From: Malacoraja senta
Lineage: Eukaryota
Reading direction: 5' to 3'
Assembly (NCBI GenBank): GCA_038087875.1
Contig: CM075989.1
Location: 14,756,001 to 14,820,000 of the forward strand
Length of the DNA stretch: 64,000 nt
Part shown: in pieces, positions 12,982 through 26,838 of the stretch
How the letters are laid out: the number at the start of each line of letters is the position of its first letter
How positions within the stretch are numbered: position 1 is the first letter of the stretch
Notes under the pieces: model-generated
Told to the model about the DNA's origin: nothing
The model's database searches: none
Seen by the model: the letters and a program-made list of their open reading frames with translations, nothing else
Position numbers and translations under genes: made by a program

Positions 12982-15479
12982 TGCTTTAATGACCCAGTCA
13001 TTAAAGCATACAATGAACAGCACCGGTCCCAGCATCGATCGCTGTGGTCTACTGCTAATCATGTTTCCAATCAGATAAAGCAGCACTCTACCATCACCCT
13101 CTACCCTTTCTTACCAATAACTCAGACCCATTTTGGCAAGACAAGTAATATATATCTCTTTAATAGAAAAGTCAAACAGCAGATGCATTCGAGCTGTGCA
13201 ATCAATGGATGGCAGCATTAGATTGGAAGGCCTACGCCATTGCTGAAGAAAGCAGTAGGCCTGAGGAGTTAGCAAAGGAGAACACAGGCATTGAAGAGAA
13301 AAGGGAAGAGCCACGCAGGTGCAGTCTCATGAGAAACAAGAGGACACAAAGCCAGGGTGACACAGTCGGCAGAGAAGCTGTCTCACAACTCCAGAGATCC
13401 AGGTTTAGTTCTGACCTCAATGTGTGGAGTTTGCTCCCTGTGATCATGCAAGTTCCCTCTGGGTGAAGTTCGTTTTCATCCCACATCTCAAAAATGTTCA
13501 TGTTGGTAGGTCAACTGGCCACTAAATTGCCCCCAGAATGTAGGCGAGCGGTAGAATCTGGGGAAGATGCAAAAGGGTGAGGGGGGAGGGGGGGTTGGAG
13601 GGGGGGGGGGGTGGTAGCATTAGTGTAAAAAAATGGGTTCACAGGCTTGTAATGGGATCCCAACCCAAAATGGCATCAGTGCATTTTCATCCAAAGATAC
13701 AATATTGTCCATCAATCTGGTTTTCCTATCCAGCAAGGATAAACTTGCAAATAAGGGAATATAGCCAAGGTTCTCATCATGGATTCCTGGCATAGTAGGT
13801 GGCTCAACAGAATGAGTAGCACCAGGGTAAAAAAAAAAGGGGACAGTAAGAATCAGCAATGTGAAGGGAAAAAATCAGTCATGATCTTGACTGACAGTGC
13901 AGACACTAGAGCTAAATAGTTGACTCCTGCTCATGTTTACTCAGTAGATGCCGAGTCCTTAGGCACTACTAAAATTTCCAGTGGTGGGTTATTGGTAATA
14001 CTGATACCAATGACATCCATTCAACAGTTTAGAATTTCTAAGAAAATGAAAAAAAATAATGCAAATGCCAGAAATCTAAAATAGAAACATAAAATGTTAG
14101 TGGTGTTAATGTTTCAGGTTGAGGAACCTTCGTCGGAACTAGAAAAAAGCAAACAGTTAACGGGGGGAGGGTGGAGGAGGCATGAGTAGAACAAAGGGAT
14201 CTCTGCAAAATACAAAATGCTATAAAGGAAGTCAGCAGGTTAGGCAGAATCTACAGAGGGAATGGACTGATGGTGTTTCGGGTTGAGACCCTTCTTCAGA
14301 CGCAACCCTTCAGATTCCAGCAACTGCAGTTTCTAGTGTCTCAAAAATATCTCTGTTCGAGCAAGAACAAATGGAAGCATGCCAATTAACTTACTTGACG
14401 CCTGATCCGAAGAGATATTTGTTCTTTGTTCTACCCATCCCTCCCCCTCTGGCAACCAACTTGTTTTACTACTTTCCTCGTTTTAATTAGGGGTCTTGGA
14501 GCAAAACATTAACTCAGCTTCTCTTTCCACTTAAACCTGCTGAGTATTTGCAGCATTTTCCGTTTTATTCCGACCAGGTTTGCACGGGGTATTAAAGACC
14601 TAGTGATGGATCGAGTACAAAAGAGTACAGATGCTGGTATCTTGAGCAAAAGTGCTGGGAGCACTCGGTGGGTCAGGCAACATCTGCTGCAGGAAATGGG
14701 CACACCTAATTAGGGATGCGACAGATTTCAGATTTTGAAGTAATTCACATTGTGTACAGATGGATTAAGAAATGGGAGAGAAATCTGAAAAGAGTGGGTG
14801 TGAAGAGTAAAAGAGGCAGAGGCGTGGTGGCCACTGGGTTTTCTGATTTGGAAACTGGTGCTACACAAGTCATAGTGAATTTTTTTAAATTTGAGCAACT
14901 GAGTGAAAACCATAAACATCACAACTGTGGAATTTGCATATTCTCCCTGAGACCGCATGGGTTTCCTCCAGGCCCTCTGGTTTGCACCCACAACCCAAAG
15001 ATGAGGTCATTGATAATTAATTGGCCTCGTGTATGCAAGTGCTTGGTAGATTCTGGAGGTGGGGGGGGGGGGGGACAGGAAAATGTCATCACAGACTTGA
15101 AAGGCCAAATGGCTTCTGTGTCTCAAGAAGTATGGAACTAGTTCAGTTTCAGTTTAGTTTATTGTCACGTGTTCCGAGGTACAGTGAAAAGCTTTTGTTG
15201 CGTGCTAACCAGTCAGCAGAAAGACAATGCATGATTACAATCGAGCCATTTACAGTGTATAGATACATACATGATAAGGGAATAACATTTAGTGCAAATT
15301 AAAGCCAGCGAAATATTACAGAACTCCAGAAATAATGATACCGTGAGAAGACATGGATCACTTCTGATATCTCAGGACAACCATTCAACAAAGGTGGATA
15401 ATGTTTATGAAATATATCATTACCTTAAGGAGCAAAAACCTGGCGCATGATCTTGTGCCATGATCTTATTGAATACCTG

Positions 15480-15920
15480 GACAGGTTTGAGGGACCACGT
15501 GGCCTTCTCCTGCTCTCGTTTTCCTGTTTCCTGTTGCAATATCAGCCAGGCACGCATACGTTATGGACGGCCCACCAGAATGACTCTGTTTCAGGTCTCA
15601 AAGCTGAGGACATTGCCCTGCGAGAGAATATTTTACCCTACATGTCAATTAGAAAGGCTTTGTGAATACAGAAGGCATCGTTCCAGTACATTGAGATGCC
15701 AGCTACAGGTTGTCAAAGTCTCAGAAGAATTCCAGAGGGCAGCAATCACCTCTGCCCAGTAGAACATGACTCCCACGCACACCCATCTGCCCCAACAAAC
15801 ATCATCTGCCCCAACTGTGTCATCTGTAACTCCCACATCCTCAGACTCCTCAGAACTCAGGGTTGGAGAGTAAGCAAGCCACTCTTCATCCCAAGGGGAC
15901 TGCTTAAGAAAAATAGAGCA
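15480..15920 (+). mobile_element. Degenerate RTE LINE 3' end (another fragment at about 56925-57030)
   Basis: C2H2-like terminus (YCNKVCGSGIGLFSHLKTHR at 56.9 kb) and the gagggactgcctaagaa-type end. Confidence 0.6.
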
Positions 15921-18900
15921 TCGTACAACAAGGTGCAGAGAACTCCATGGGGAACAGATCTACGCTTCAATTGGTTTAGCATTTGCAAATGATAATTAGA
16001 ACAGCTGTATGTTTTTCATTACAAGAACGGTAACTTTGAACAATTATCAAGTGGCTACAATTGTGTTGTGATCGCTGCATCCTAGTAAAATGGGCAGCCG
16101 CACTCACTCTCCACAGGAGGGTCAGTGTCTGTATCACCCTCAGGCACACACAATGACAGGACCGGTTCTCACCAGCTGAAACAAAGCAGTCGGGGACAGC
16201 ACACAACCTGCAGAATTGTCGGACAATAAGAAGGACCAAAGATCAGCTTGTGCAGATATCAGAAGGAATGGTGACTTTTAATGCTTTACGCACCTGATTT
16301 AAGGCTAAAACTTGAAAGGGATTTGATTTCAGCAGCAGACAGGGATAGTTAGTGAATATCATTGTGGCAGAGGCAAGTTAATTGCAACAAGAGCACAACT
16401 GTTCACAAGTTAGCACAGCTGGTCTTTGGAAGAAGCAAATCCTTATTTGTTTTCCTCTCCCACCTGACTGCACAGTGTTCCACACCCCCCCCCCCCCCCC
16501 CCCCACCACACACATTGCCCAGGAAACAATGCAGGGGTGGGGGGGAGCTCTACTGTCAGAGTGCATAGGTGCAGGAGGCACAGCCCATTAACGGTTGTCG
16601 TTCCACTTCACCTGGGCAGCTGTTGACGATAAATCACGGCTCTCCACTCCACAAAAACCCTCCCTTTATTTTATACTGCACAGGTCACTGAAGGATCGGA
16701 CCAAACCCAAATTTAAAGTAGCCATTCCCTTGACAACCTGGACCTGTGCCCTATCACTGATGTTTGCTTTCTCATTACTCCTCCCTTTGAGTAGCTCAAA
16801 AAAACGCTCCTTTCAATCACAACGTTCTGATGGTGGGGTTATTGACCCGAAACAGCCATTCTTTTTCTCACCACAGGTTGACTGACTATCAGCTACGGAG
16901 TATTTCCAGCATTGGGTGTTTTGTGTTAGAGCAGAGGCTGGTGAAAAGCTGCAAACATTTGAGAAAGTGATCCTTTCCCATGACTGTTTTTTTCCATAAA
17001 TTAACGCTCTCCATCAGGTGAGGCCAACAATGGCCATCTGGAAAATGAAGCACCTCATGGATGCAAGAAAGAGGGACATTTTGAGTGTCTGCTTGGCAGA
17101 AACTACCCTCGAATGTAATACAGATTCAACGCAATCAATGCAAAATGACACCAAGTCAACTCACGATTGATCAGCCTGTCGTCACCTTCACAACTATTCG
17201 CAATCAGCTTCACAATTATTCCAGATAGTAATCCTTTAAATTACAACAATCCAGGCCAACATGGTCACCAAATCCTGCATAGCCAGTGGGCAGTGGGTTT
17301 TTCATTGCTGGCAGCTTTGCAAGAGGAATAGTCCCCTTAAAGATTACTCTTACATTTAAAAAAATAGTTCCACCTACTACCTCAATGCACTGACTGCTAA
17401 CCAGTTGTACAATTAAAGGCACAATTTACAAGACATAATGAACCATGGTCAAAAATTGTTACATGTTGCTGCTAGCTATTAATTGGTGAGCATACTCATG
17501 CATGTGAAACCACCCCAAGGCAAATATATTACTAGATCATAAGAACAATGTAAACAATAGAAATCCATCCCCATTGTTGTTTAAAGTGAACGCTAGGCAT
17601 CTTTCAGAGGCACAGCAATGCATTTAGAACAGTTGCTAATTGAACAGGTTATAAATACTATTTTTTTTAGTTAATAAACTAGGCTATGTAGATACAAAAT
17701 GCCAAAGTAACTCAGTGGGTCAGGCAGCATCCATGGAGAACATGGATACATTTTGAGTTGAGACCCTTCTTAAGACAGACGTTTCCCAAACCTAAATGTC
17801 ACATATCCATGTTCTCCAGAGAAGCTACCTGATCCTCTGAGTTACTCCATCACTGTGCATCTTTTTTTGTAAACCAGCATCTGCAGTTCCTTTTCTAGAC
17901 TATATAGGTGTCAGGCTCAATATTCAGGATCAAGACTCATATTGTAATCAATACAGGAAAAACCAATCTATTTTGCAGACCTTCTTTGTTTTATGCATTA
18001 GCAAAAGTTATCAAATCAAACATAAAATGTACACAGTGCCTTGGCACGTTACAGGAACTGGAACGATCTGTTCAATGAGCTTGTTTATTAAATACACTTC
18101 AATTTAGCACTAGTGCCAAATCAGATTGGGATTTAAAAAGCAGAGCTCAATGGGGAATGGTGGATGGAATATGTACCTTACAATTGAACCAATTATTGTA
18201 GAAAATGGCCCATATACTTCAAACACGGAGCTCAAACTGTGAGCAAATACTTTAATATCAGTGAAGACTCCAGACTGATGGATTGGACTTGGCACAGTTC
18301 TGGTCATTACTCCAAATACAATAGCTGCCTCAAGAAACACCTTCCACTGAGTTTCCCTTTACAGAATATTCTGAGTTAGTTATTCCCATCAATAAACAAA
18401 ACCAACAAATGATCTCAGATGTAGGGAGGGGCTGAGGTGGTGTAGGTGGTGTGAGGCAGGGAGGTAGGTAGGTGTGGTTTTGGTGCTTCAGAATTGCCTG
18501 ATCTGTCCAGGCAGACTGGCTGGAAAGAAGACAAGGCAGAGATGTCAATCCCTGAACAATCCCTCTTTCCCCACAAAAATCATTAGATTGGAATTTAAAT
18601 ATACTTCAAAATTAGGGAACCATTTTGTGCATCTTACAAACCCAAAGCAGAAACAACACCAAGAATTAGTTACGGCTCCAATACTTTAATGGTTGCCAAG
18701 CAAACTATACATCCACACACATGAATGATAATGGCCTGATTCAATCTAATGGTCTGATGCTTATGAAAGGAAACCTTCCAACAAGATACAGCGTGACTCG
18801 TTGCATAGAATGGAAATATTTAGCTGAAGGCCACTCCAGATAATGCTGTAGGGTACAATCTCTAGGCATAACAAATAACTAGGCCAAGGTTTGTGAGGAA

Positions 18901-21017
18901 GTCAGTATCACAAAGGATCCTGGTTAATATTTTAGTTCCAAAACAAAATGCCAAAGGAATGGAGAAATTTAGGGCAGTCTACTCCCAGTTTTATGTCTCT
19001 TATCGACCCCCTACCCTACCCCCTTCCCCCTACCCCTGCCCCCTACCCCCCCCCCTTTTCTATTTTGCTTTTATCTTGAGAAACCAAAATGTATGGGGTT
19101 TTTTTTAAAGGATCCTCAAACCCAACTGAAGGAAAGCATCACAAAGGACATTTCACACAAAAAATCACACTACATGGCTCGTTTATTGGGAGGCTAAAGT
19201 ATTTTACTACACAATGTAAATGCCGGATGTTATAACAGTTCTTTTTTTTCTCCATTCCTAAATCTCATTTTCTTCTAAATCTATTTCCAGTCACTGACGG
19301 GAGTTGTGACCAGTGGAGAAGTTGTTGAAACAGCAATTGCCAACAAACGCATGAAGCTGATGTTGTTAATAATCATTCCTTTGGAGACCACTTCTGGTCT
19401 TCATCCAAATGTTCTCCATTTCCTGGGCTGGGTCTGTTCCCAAAGCTCAATTACTGCTGTTCCTGGTGCCAGTTTCCACAAATCTTACCGCTGGAAGATT
19501 AGGAGCCACAATAGGCAGTGTTCACAATATCGGTTCACCACTTTGAGATAACTTCAAGTCACTGCATTTTCCTTTATAAAAAATAAGGAAATTGCTTCAC
19601 GCTCCACGTTGTAACACACACTTTCACAGGCTGTCCCTGGAATATGCACAACCGATTTATCGACACCCTACACACTATGAGCTCCCATAATATTATTAAA
19701 CTCAAAAGTCCAACATACGGATATATGTTCATTCCTATAAAAGGAGGATTAGCCTCTCCGTCCCCTCCCCTCACTTTTAGTCATTGTGGGGGAGGGGACT
19801 TATCAGTTTGGTGATAAGCTCTTTTAATCCCATTCATTAGAATACTGTGAAGGTAATGGTTACCACAGTGATTTTTATGTATTTTTGAATTACGGGCAAA
19901 ATCAACCAACAGAGATCTGCAAAAAGAGCATCTGCTCGTTACCCAAGGACAACCTGTACTGAGCTCACGCCTTGGCAGGGTATTGCTCGGTCATCTGACA
20001 GAAGAGAGGGAATGATCATGTACACGAGTCCCACTCCAGTCTTGTCATCTAGGGTGTCTGAAATGCAACATTATCCTTGGGATGATACAGCAAGTTACTG
20101 CCCCTCTGGGTGGTATCTATACAAGTGGCAGTGACAGTGCTTTGAACATGTTCTGAAGAATTTCCCCACTGTCCTGCTTATTATTCATCACTAGATCAAT
20201 ATCACCATAAAAGACTATCTGGTTATTAATTTAATGTAATCCATAGGATTTTCCTGTGCAAAATTTTATGCCACCTCTCTCATATTGAAGCATCAAGTCC
20301 ACCTACGAATCAACTAACAAGTATTTTGAATATCCTCTTCAAAAGGAACTGTAATGCTTAGCCTTTCCTCTCCCTCTCTCCCCCATTCCCTCTCTACCCT
20401 TGTTTAAATTCATAAACCAATTCCACTTTTTGTTTCAGCAAAACCCAATACGTCATTGTTACTGAAAGAAAATCAATTTGCACCTAAATTGCCTGTCATT
20501 ATTAAAAGATTAGCATCAACTCTATGTCACTAGAGGAAGGGGGACAATGCAGCAGGTGACAAAGACCCCCCCAGGATGGAAAGCCTAATGTGTGTACGGT
20601 TCAATCCTCAATCTGCTGGGATGTAGGACAGAAAAACACATCAGAAACTCGGAAGGACTTTTGAAACAGTGACTCACAAGATGTTAAGAGTAATTGTGGT
20701 TAGGATGCAAGAAGAGTGGGCAGCAAGGTACAGGTTCACAAGTCAGAAATCACATTGCCATCGCCTCAGTCCAACTCAACTGCACAGCAGAGCAGCTCCA
20801 TGATTTAAAATTAGCCTGTTATCCTCAAAAAAAAATTAGCTCATCTATCAGATATCACATCAAAACATTAAATATGTGTTGATTCGGCATTTCAGTCACA
20901 TCTTTAGCTGCATTAAAAATGAAAGCATTCAGCGTCATGCATCTGAAAGAACTCAAAGCAAACTTGGCCAGGTGATAGTCCACCAATCTGTCTCTTTAGA
21001 ATATTACTGAGCAGTTA

Positions 21018-21660
21018 GCTGTTGTTCAATTGGTAGCACACTGGCCTCAAGAGAATCAGAAGGCTCCTTCAAGCCTTACTCCACTGACCAGAGAACAAGA
21101 ATATCGTCTAACACCATCATTGAGCATTGTGGGAGCACTGGACTGTCAAAGGTGCTAGTTACTAAGGTACACAAAAATGCTGGAGAAACTCAGCAGGTGC
21201 AGCAGCATCTATGGAGCGAAGGAAATAGGTAACGTTTCGGGCCGGAACCCTTCTTCAGACTGATAGGGGGGGGGGGGGGAGAAGAAAGGAAAAAAGGAAA
21301 AAGGCGGAGGAGGAGCCCAAGGGCTGGGGGAGGGGAGGAGACAACCAGATGGCTGATGAAGGGGAGGGGACAGCAAGGGCTAGCAGAATTGGGAGAATTC
21401 AATGTTCAAGCCCCCAGGATGTAGACTGCCCAAGCGGAATATGAGGTGCATTTCCTCCAATTCTGTATGCTAGTTACTAAACTACATACAGACGGTCTGC
21501 TGTTTCATGTATGGTAAAGGTGACTGTGCTGAAGCATAAACTATACCTTTTCCGATCAACTAAAACATTGCTACATATACCACAAGAGCCTGTTATGATT
21601 GCAAAATTGGCAGCAGTTATTAACCAACAACATTAGTGCGGCTTCCCCGAAAAAGATGTG
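21018..21660 (+). mobile_element. Ancient DeuSINE (SacSINE1-like) interrupted by the Penelope fragment; other remnants at about 18100-18450, 20150-20360 and 31300-31480
   Basis: tRNA-like head followed by decayed Deu-domain-like sequence, recognised from memory of the consensus. Confidence 0.5.
21166..21467 (-). mobile_element. Penelope-like element 3' fragment (GIY-YIG C-terminus plus terminal repeat) with 13-bp TSD
   Basis: Minus strand reads LEEMHLIFRLGSLHPGGLNIEFSQFC*, then a pyrimidine tract and the common terminal repeat. TSD TGCTAGTTACTAA at 21153-21165 and 21468-21480. Confidence 0.85.
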
Positions 21661-22328
21661 CAGATCACAATTTAACACAGATCCTGACTGGACACGATTT
21701 ACCACTGCAAGCAGAAGATGCCACAAAGAATGGAGCTGGGACTTGGCTTGATTTATAAAGAGAGGATTGATAGGCTGATAGGACCATTTTCTCTGGTGAA
21801 GGAGGTTGAAGGGTAGACGCTAGGAAGTATATAAACTCAGGAGAGATATATAAAATGTGGACAGTCACATATTTTTTCCCAGGGTTGGGGAATCTAACAT
21901 TAGAGGGCATGGATTTAAGAGGGGAAAGATTCAAAGAGACAATTCATTCCACATAGACACCAAAGCTAGGATCCAGCATTGGTACTTGGCCATGGTACCC
22001 AACAACTAAAGACACCACTGGAACCAAATTAACCTTTTATCACAAGTGGGCATCTTTATCAGACCAAGAAATGCAGTCACCCAATCTTCCATCTGTACCA
22101 AGATTTACCAGAAACATTGAAACATCTCAAGAAATGGAAACAAAGGCAAACTGCTTATCAATAACCTGTGACAGACTCCCTCTAAACCAATGAGCAAATA
22201 CAAATATCCATGAACACTCCATAACAATACTCCATTCTCTCCAGAAGCCAATATGTAGCAGCTATTCCCCCACTTGAAAAAGGTCAGACAGCTTTTGCTT
22301 AAACAACTCCAAATCTGTAATACTTTAT

Positions 22329-22525
22329 GTTTAAGAAGGAACTGCAAATGCTGGAAAATTGAAGGTACACAAAAAAGCTGGAGAAACTCAGCGGGTGCAG
22401 CAGCATCTATGGAGCGAAGGAAATAGGCAACGTTTCGGGCCGAAACCCTTCCCGAAACGTTGCCTATTTCCTTCGCTCCATAGATGCTGCTGCACCCGCT
22501 CAGTTTCTCCAGCTTTTTTGTGTTC
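22329..22525. mobile_element. Palindromic Penelope-derived short element (representative of more than 25 full or partial copies in the window)
   Basis: Near-perfect inverted arms meeting at about 22445. TSD CTGTAATACTTTAT at 22315-22328 and 22526-22539. Confidence 0.85.
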
Positions 22526-23477
22526 CTGTAATACTTTATTGCAGCTTTAATTTCCTATCCAAAGTTTTAAAAATAACTATCCATTCTGTGAACTTTCCAC
22601 AGTGTACTGGAATGGAGGCGATGGGGAGGACTGTCACTGTTTGCATTTAATAAACGTTAATCTACAACGCAAGCAAATATTGATCACTGATCAGCAAACT
22701 CACCTTCACACACCCAGTAATTGGAACAGTCAAGGAATAAGTAACATCTGATCAATGCAGTGCCAGACTCCGACTCGGTTACAATAACCTCCGCATGAAT
22801 GAAGGCAACAGCTGCATATGTAGCATTGTTGAGATCCTTTCTCCTCCTTCATGGTTAGGAACTATTGAGATTGTAGTTCATTCGACTGCCAAACCGCAAC
22901 CTACCTACCATGCTGCAACTTCCAAACGGCTCAGTTTCAATGCCCACCCTTCGAGGAGCAAAGGGTGTTAAGCAATGCAATAACTGATCCAGTCACTCCA
23001 TTATGAACCCACATCGACTAAAACTCGATAACACTCACAAAACAGAGACCTTAACTAGTTTAGAAGTAATTCAAACACTCATTAACACCGCTGCAAACTG
23101 CCTGGAATTTGCAGACAATACCTAAACTAGCAACAAACATGCAGTATTTCCTGATAGTGCAGAGAGCAATCAAGCATTACACAAACAGACACCCACTGAT
23201 CTCTGCTGGTGTAATGGGGCTCTGACACATCAGTACAAACAGCACAAAACTCTTATGAGTATCAAGAGGTGCAAGATAATAAAGTTAAAACTAATCGCCC
23301 AGTCCAGTGTCCACAAAGGATTCAGATTCAGGGAAATCTGATCATATTCATGATCAGAGCTATGTACTGATGCTTTCAAAACACTAGACTGATGCATTAA
23401 GTACAGTAAAGTTCAGTACCAGAATAACAAGTACAGCAGGGTGGAAAACCTGAGCCTGGAGAGGGTTCCTGTGATGT

Positions 23478-24665
23478 GGTTCCTGTACCAAAGAGAACGC
23501 GCCCCAGCTCCTCCAATGACTACAGACCAGTGGCACTGACTTCACACATCATGAAGTCCCTGGTGAGGCTGATGCTCACTCACCTGTGACCCCTGGTTAA
23601 ACCCTACCTGGACCCTCTGCAGTTCGCTTACCAAACAAAGATGGGGGTTGAGGACGCCATCATCCACCTGCTCCATCGTTCCTATGCTCACCTGGATAAA
23701 CTGGGAAGCACTGCGAGAGTCATATTTTTTAAACTTCTCCAGTGCTAGGGAGCAAACTGACAAAAGATGCGGGTGGGTGCTCCATTGGTGTCCTGGATCA
23801 CCAGCTACCTGACTGGATGACCACAGTAAGGACATGGTAGTGTGGACCACTGTGTCTCAGACATGGTAGTGAGCAACACCTGGGCCCCACAGGGGACGGT
23901 CCTTTCCCCCTTCCTGTTCACCATCTACACCTCGGACTTCAGATATAACTCCATCTCCTGCCACCTGCAGACATTTTCAGATGACTCTACAATTGTGGGC
24001 TGCATCAGTGAGGGGAGGGAAGCTGAATACAGAGGTGTAGTCAATGACTTTGTCAAGTGGTGTGGGCTGAATCACCTGCAGCTCAACACTGACAAGACTA
24101 AGGAGTTAGTGGTGGATTTTAGGAGGGGAGGAACACCCCTGTCCCCTGCCTCCATCAATGGTGTGGATGTGCAGTTTACCAGAGAATATAAATACCTTGG
24201 AGTGCACCTGGACAGTAAACTGGACTGGTTCAGGAATGCTGAGCCACTGTACAAGAAGGGACAGAGCCGGCTGTACTTTTTGAGAGGGCTCCGCTCCTTC
24301 AACATCTGCAGTAAGCTGCTGCAGATGTTCTACCAATCGGTGGGAGCCAGTGCTATCTTCTTTGCTGCCGTGTACTGGGGCAGCAGGGCGAAGGCTGCAG
24401 ATGCCAACAGGATTAACAAACTCATCGGGAAGGCAGGCTCCATCCTGGGGTCTCTTGGAGGGAGAATGCTCCACAAACTGCGGAGCATCTTGGACAATAC
24501 AGCTCAGCCCCTCCATGACACACTGGTCAACCTGAGGAGTACCTTCAACAACAGACTGGTTCCACCAAGATGCAGCACAGAACACCACAGGAGATCCTTC
24601 TTCCCTGTGGCTGTCAAACTGTACAACTCCCCCCCCCCCACTTCTGTCCTGGGGTAGACTGACTC
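23478..24665 (+). mobile_element. Rex1/Babar LINE fragment (degenerate RT)
   Basis: NDYRPVALTSHIMK, LDPLQFAY, APQGTVLSPFLF, FSDD and KTKELVVDF, with stops and frameshifts upstream of 23842. Confidence 0.9.
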
Positions 24666-26432
24666 CCCAGACAGTCTGACGAAGGGTCTTGATCCGAAAT
24701 GTCACCCAATACTTTTCTCCAGGGAAGCTGCCTGTCCCACTGAGTTACTCCAGTGTCTATCTTCGATAATAGCTGGGTGGGTCAAAGGGTCTGTGCAGTT
24801 TGACCACAATCCACTGGCACCAAACATGCCTCTTGTTCTTAAACGCAATGAAGTTACTGCCCCAGAGATTGGCGACAGGCTGGATATGCCTCATCCAACC
24901 TTGATCAGGTTGTGTCAATGGCAGCCATGGCCAAAAAAAGGAAGAGTCATTTAATAAAAAAAAAACAAGGATAAAGGAGTCACTGTGCCTCCCTGCCTCA
25001 GTCAGTCTTCACCCTCCTTCCCGCATCTTTCAACTGCAAGTCTGGTGGCTCAACACTACGCACCTTCATTAGCAAGCTCCCTGTGAAGGGCAAATTAACA
25101 CGGAAGACTACACATGGACACTTCCCAACCTAAATCCAGGGATTGGTGGTCAATGTGAGTCGCACCTCTCTGGGAAATCCTGAAAAACATCACTGCTCGG
25201 GAGACTTTATCCCATCCCTGTGCTAATCTAAGTAAGCCAGTCAACTTTAAGGAATCTCCCTACATTTCAGGAGGTAAGAGAAGGATTTAGTGCAAACTCT
25301 AAATCCAGATTTACTGTATGTGTCCTGCAACGCTGCTCAGCTGATGCCAGTATGGAAGGGTCATTATTATTAAAAATGTAAATGCTTCATGTGGAGGAGA
25401 GCAAGGTGTGGGAACTGTTAATAAGCAATAAAACCAAGCCACCTGTGGTGACACAGTTGCAGCTCCAGTGACAGCTCCTCACTGCCAGCTCCCTCATCTC
25501 CACAATCAGGGGGTCAACGGCCCCACAAACCCTGGATTCGTATTCCACACATCGTTGTACAGCAGAGAACCAGAGGAGAAACCAGCTCAATAAAACTTGC
25601 AGGAAGGAACTGCAGATGCTGGTTTACACCGAAGATAGACACAAAATGCTGGAGTAACTCAGCGGGTCAGGCAGCATCTCTGGAGAGAAGGAATGGGTGG
25701 CAGAAGGGTCTCCCAATGACAGCATTTGGATCTAAACGCCACCCATCCCCTTCTCTCCAGAGATGCTGCCTGTCCCACTGAGTTACTCCAGCTTTTTGTG
25801 TCTATCGTTGAATGGGTGACGTTTCGGGTCGAGACCCTTCTTGGGACTGAGAATAAAACTTGCCTGGCGTGAAGCGGCTTGTAAATGAACACATACAAAA
25901 TGAAATCAAGACATTTGAAAGGTTGACTCATTTATGTGCTGCTATTCATTCACCTGGCCTGTTGCTGTCCTCGTCCACCCGTGAGCGCTGGACAACTCGC
26001 TGTGATCACCGGACTGACCGGCAAGTAGAGGCGGCCAAGCCCGGCTCCCCGCCACCGGGATAGACACCAAGTGCTGGAGTAAACTCTGGAGAAGTCTGAA
26101 GTAGGGTCTCCACCCGAAATGTCACCCACCCCTTCTCTCCAGAGATGCTGTTGCCTGTCCCTCGGAGTTAGTTACTCCAGCATTTTGTGTCTACCTTCGG
26201 TGTAAACCAGCATCTGCAGTTCCTCCCCACACTCTCGGCCCCAGGGGGTTGGAGCATCACACGTGAATACGGAGCCACGGGGCAGACGCCTCACTAATAT
26301 AGGACAAGTGGCAGATCACCACAGAAAGGCCGAAGAAAGAGACAAAATGCTGGAGTAACTCAGCGGGACAGGCAGCATCATCTCTGGAGAGAAGGAATGG
26401 GTGGCGTTTAGGGTCGAGACCCTTCTTCAGTA

Positions 26433-26838
26433 GAAGGATGAGGGGACTCCTTATAGAAACATATGCAATTATAAAAGGACTGGACAAGCTAGATGCAGGA
26501 AACATGTTCCCAATGTGGGGCGAGTCCAGAACCAGGGGCCACAGTCTTAGAATAAAGGGGAGGTCATTTAAGACTGAGGTGAGAAAACCCGTTTTCACCC
26601 AGAGAGTTGTGAATTTGTGGAATTCCCTGCCACAGAGGGCAGTGGAGGCCAAGTCACTGGATGGATTTAAGAGAGAGTTAAGTTAGATAGAGCTCTAGGG
26701 GCTAGTGGAATCAAGGGATATGGGGAGAAGGCAGGCACGGGTTATTGATTGGGGATGATCAGCCATGATCACAATGAATGGTGGTGCTGGCTCGAAGGGC
26801 CGAATAGCCTCCTCCTGCACCTATTTCCTATGTTTCTC
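26433..26838 (+). mobile_element. Younger CR1 3' end nested in a palindromic element
   Basis: ESRTRGHSLRIKGRSFKTEVRKPVFTQRVVNLWNSLP and tail cctatgtttct. Confidence 0.88.

Noticed and set aside
22704-22747. Possible internal RAB27A 5'UTR exon (strong AAG|gtgagt donor); similar donor-like sites near 8790 and 9627
   Set aside because: Weak acceptors, and such motifs are expected by chance in a 27-kb intron without transcript evidence.
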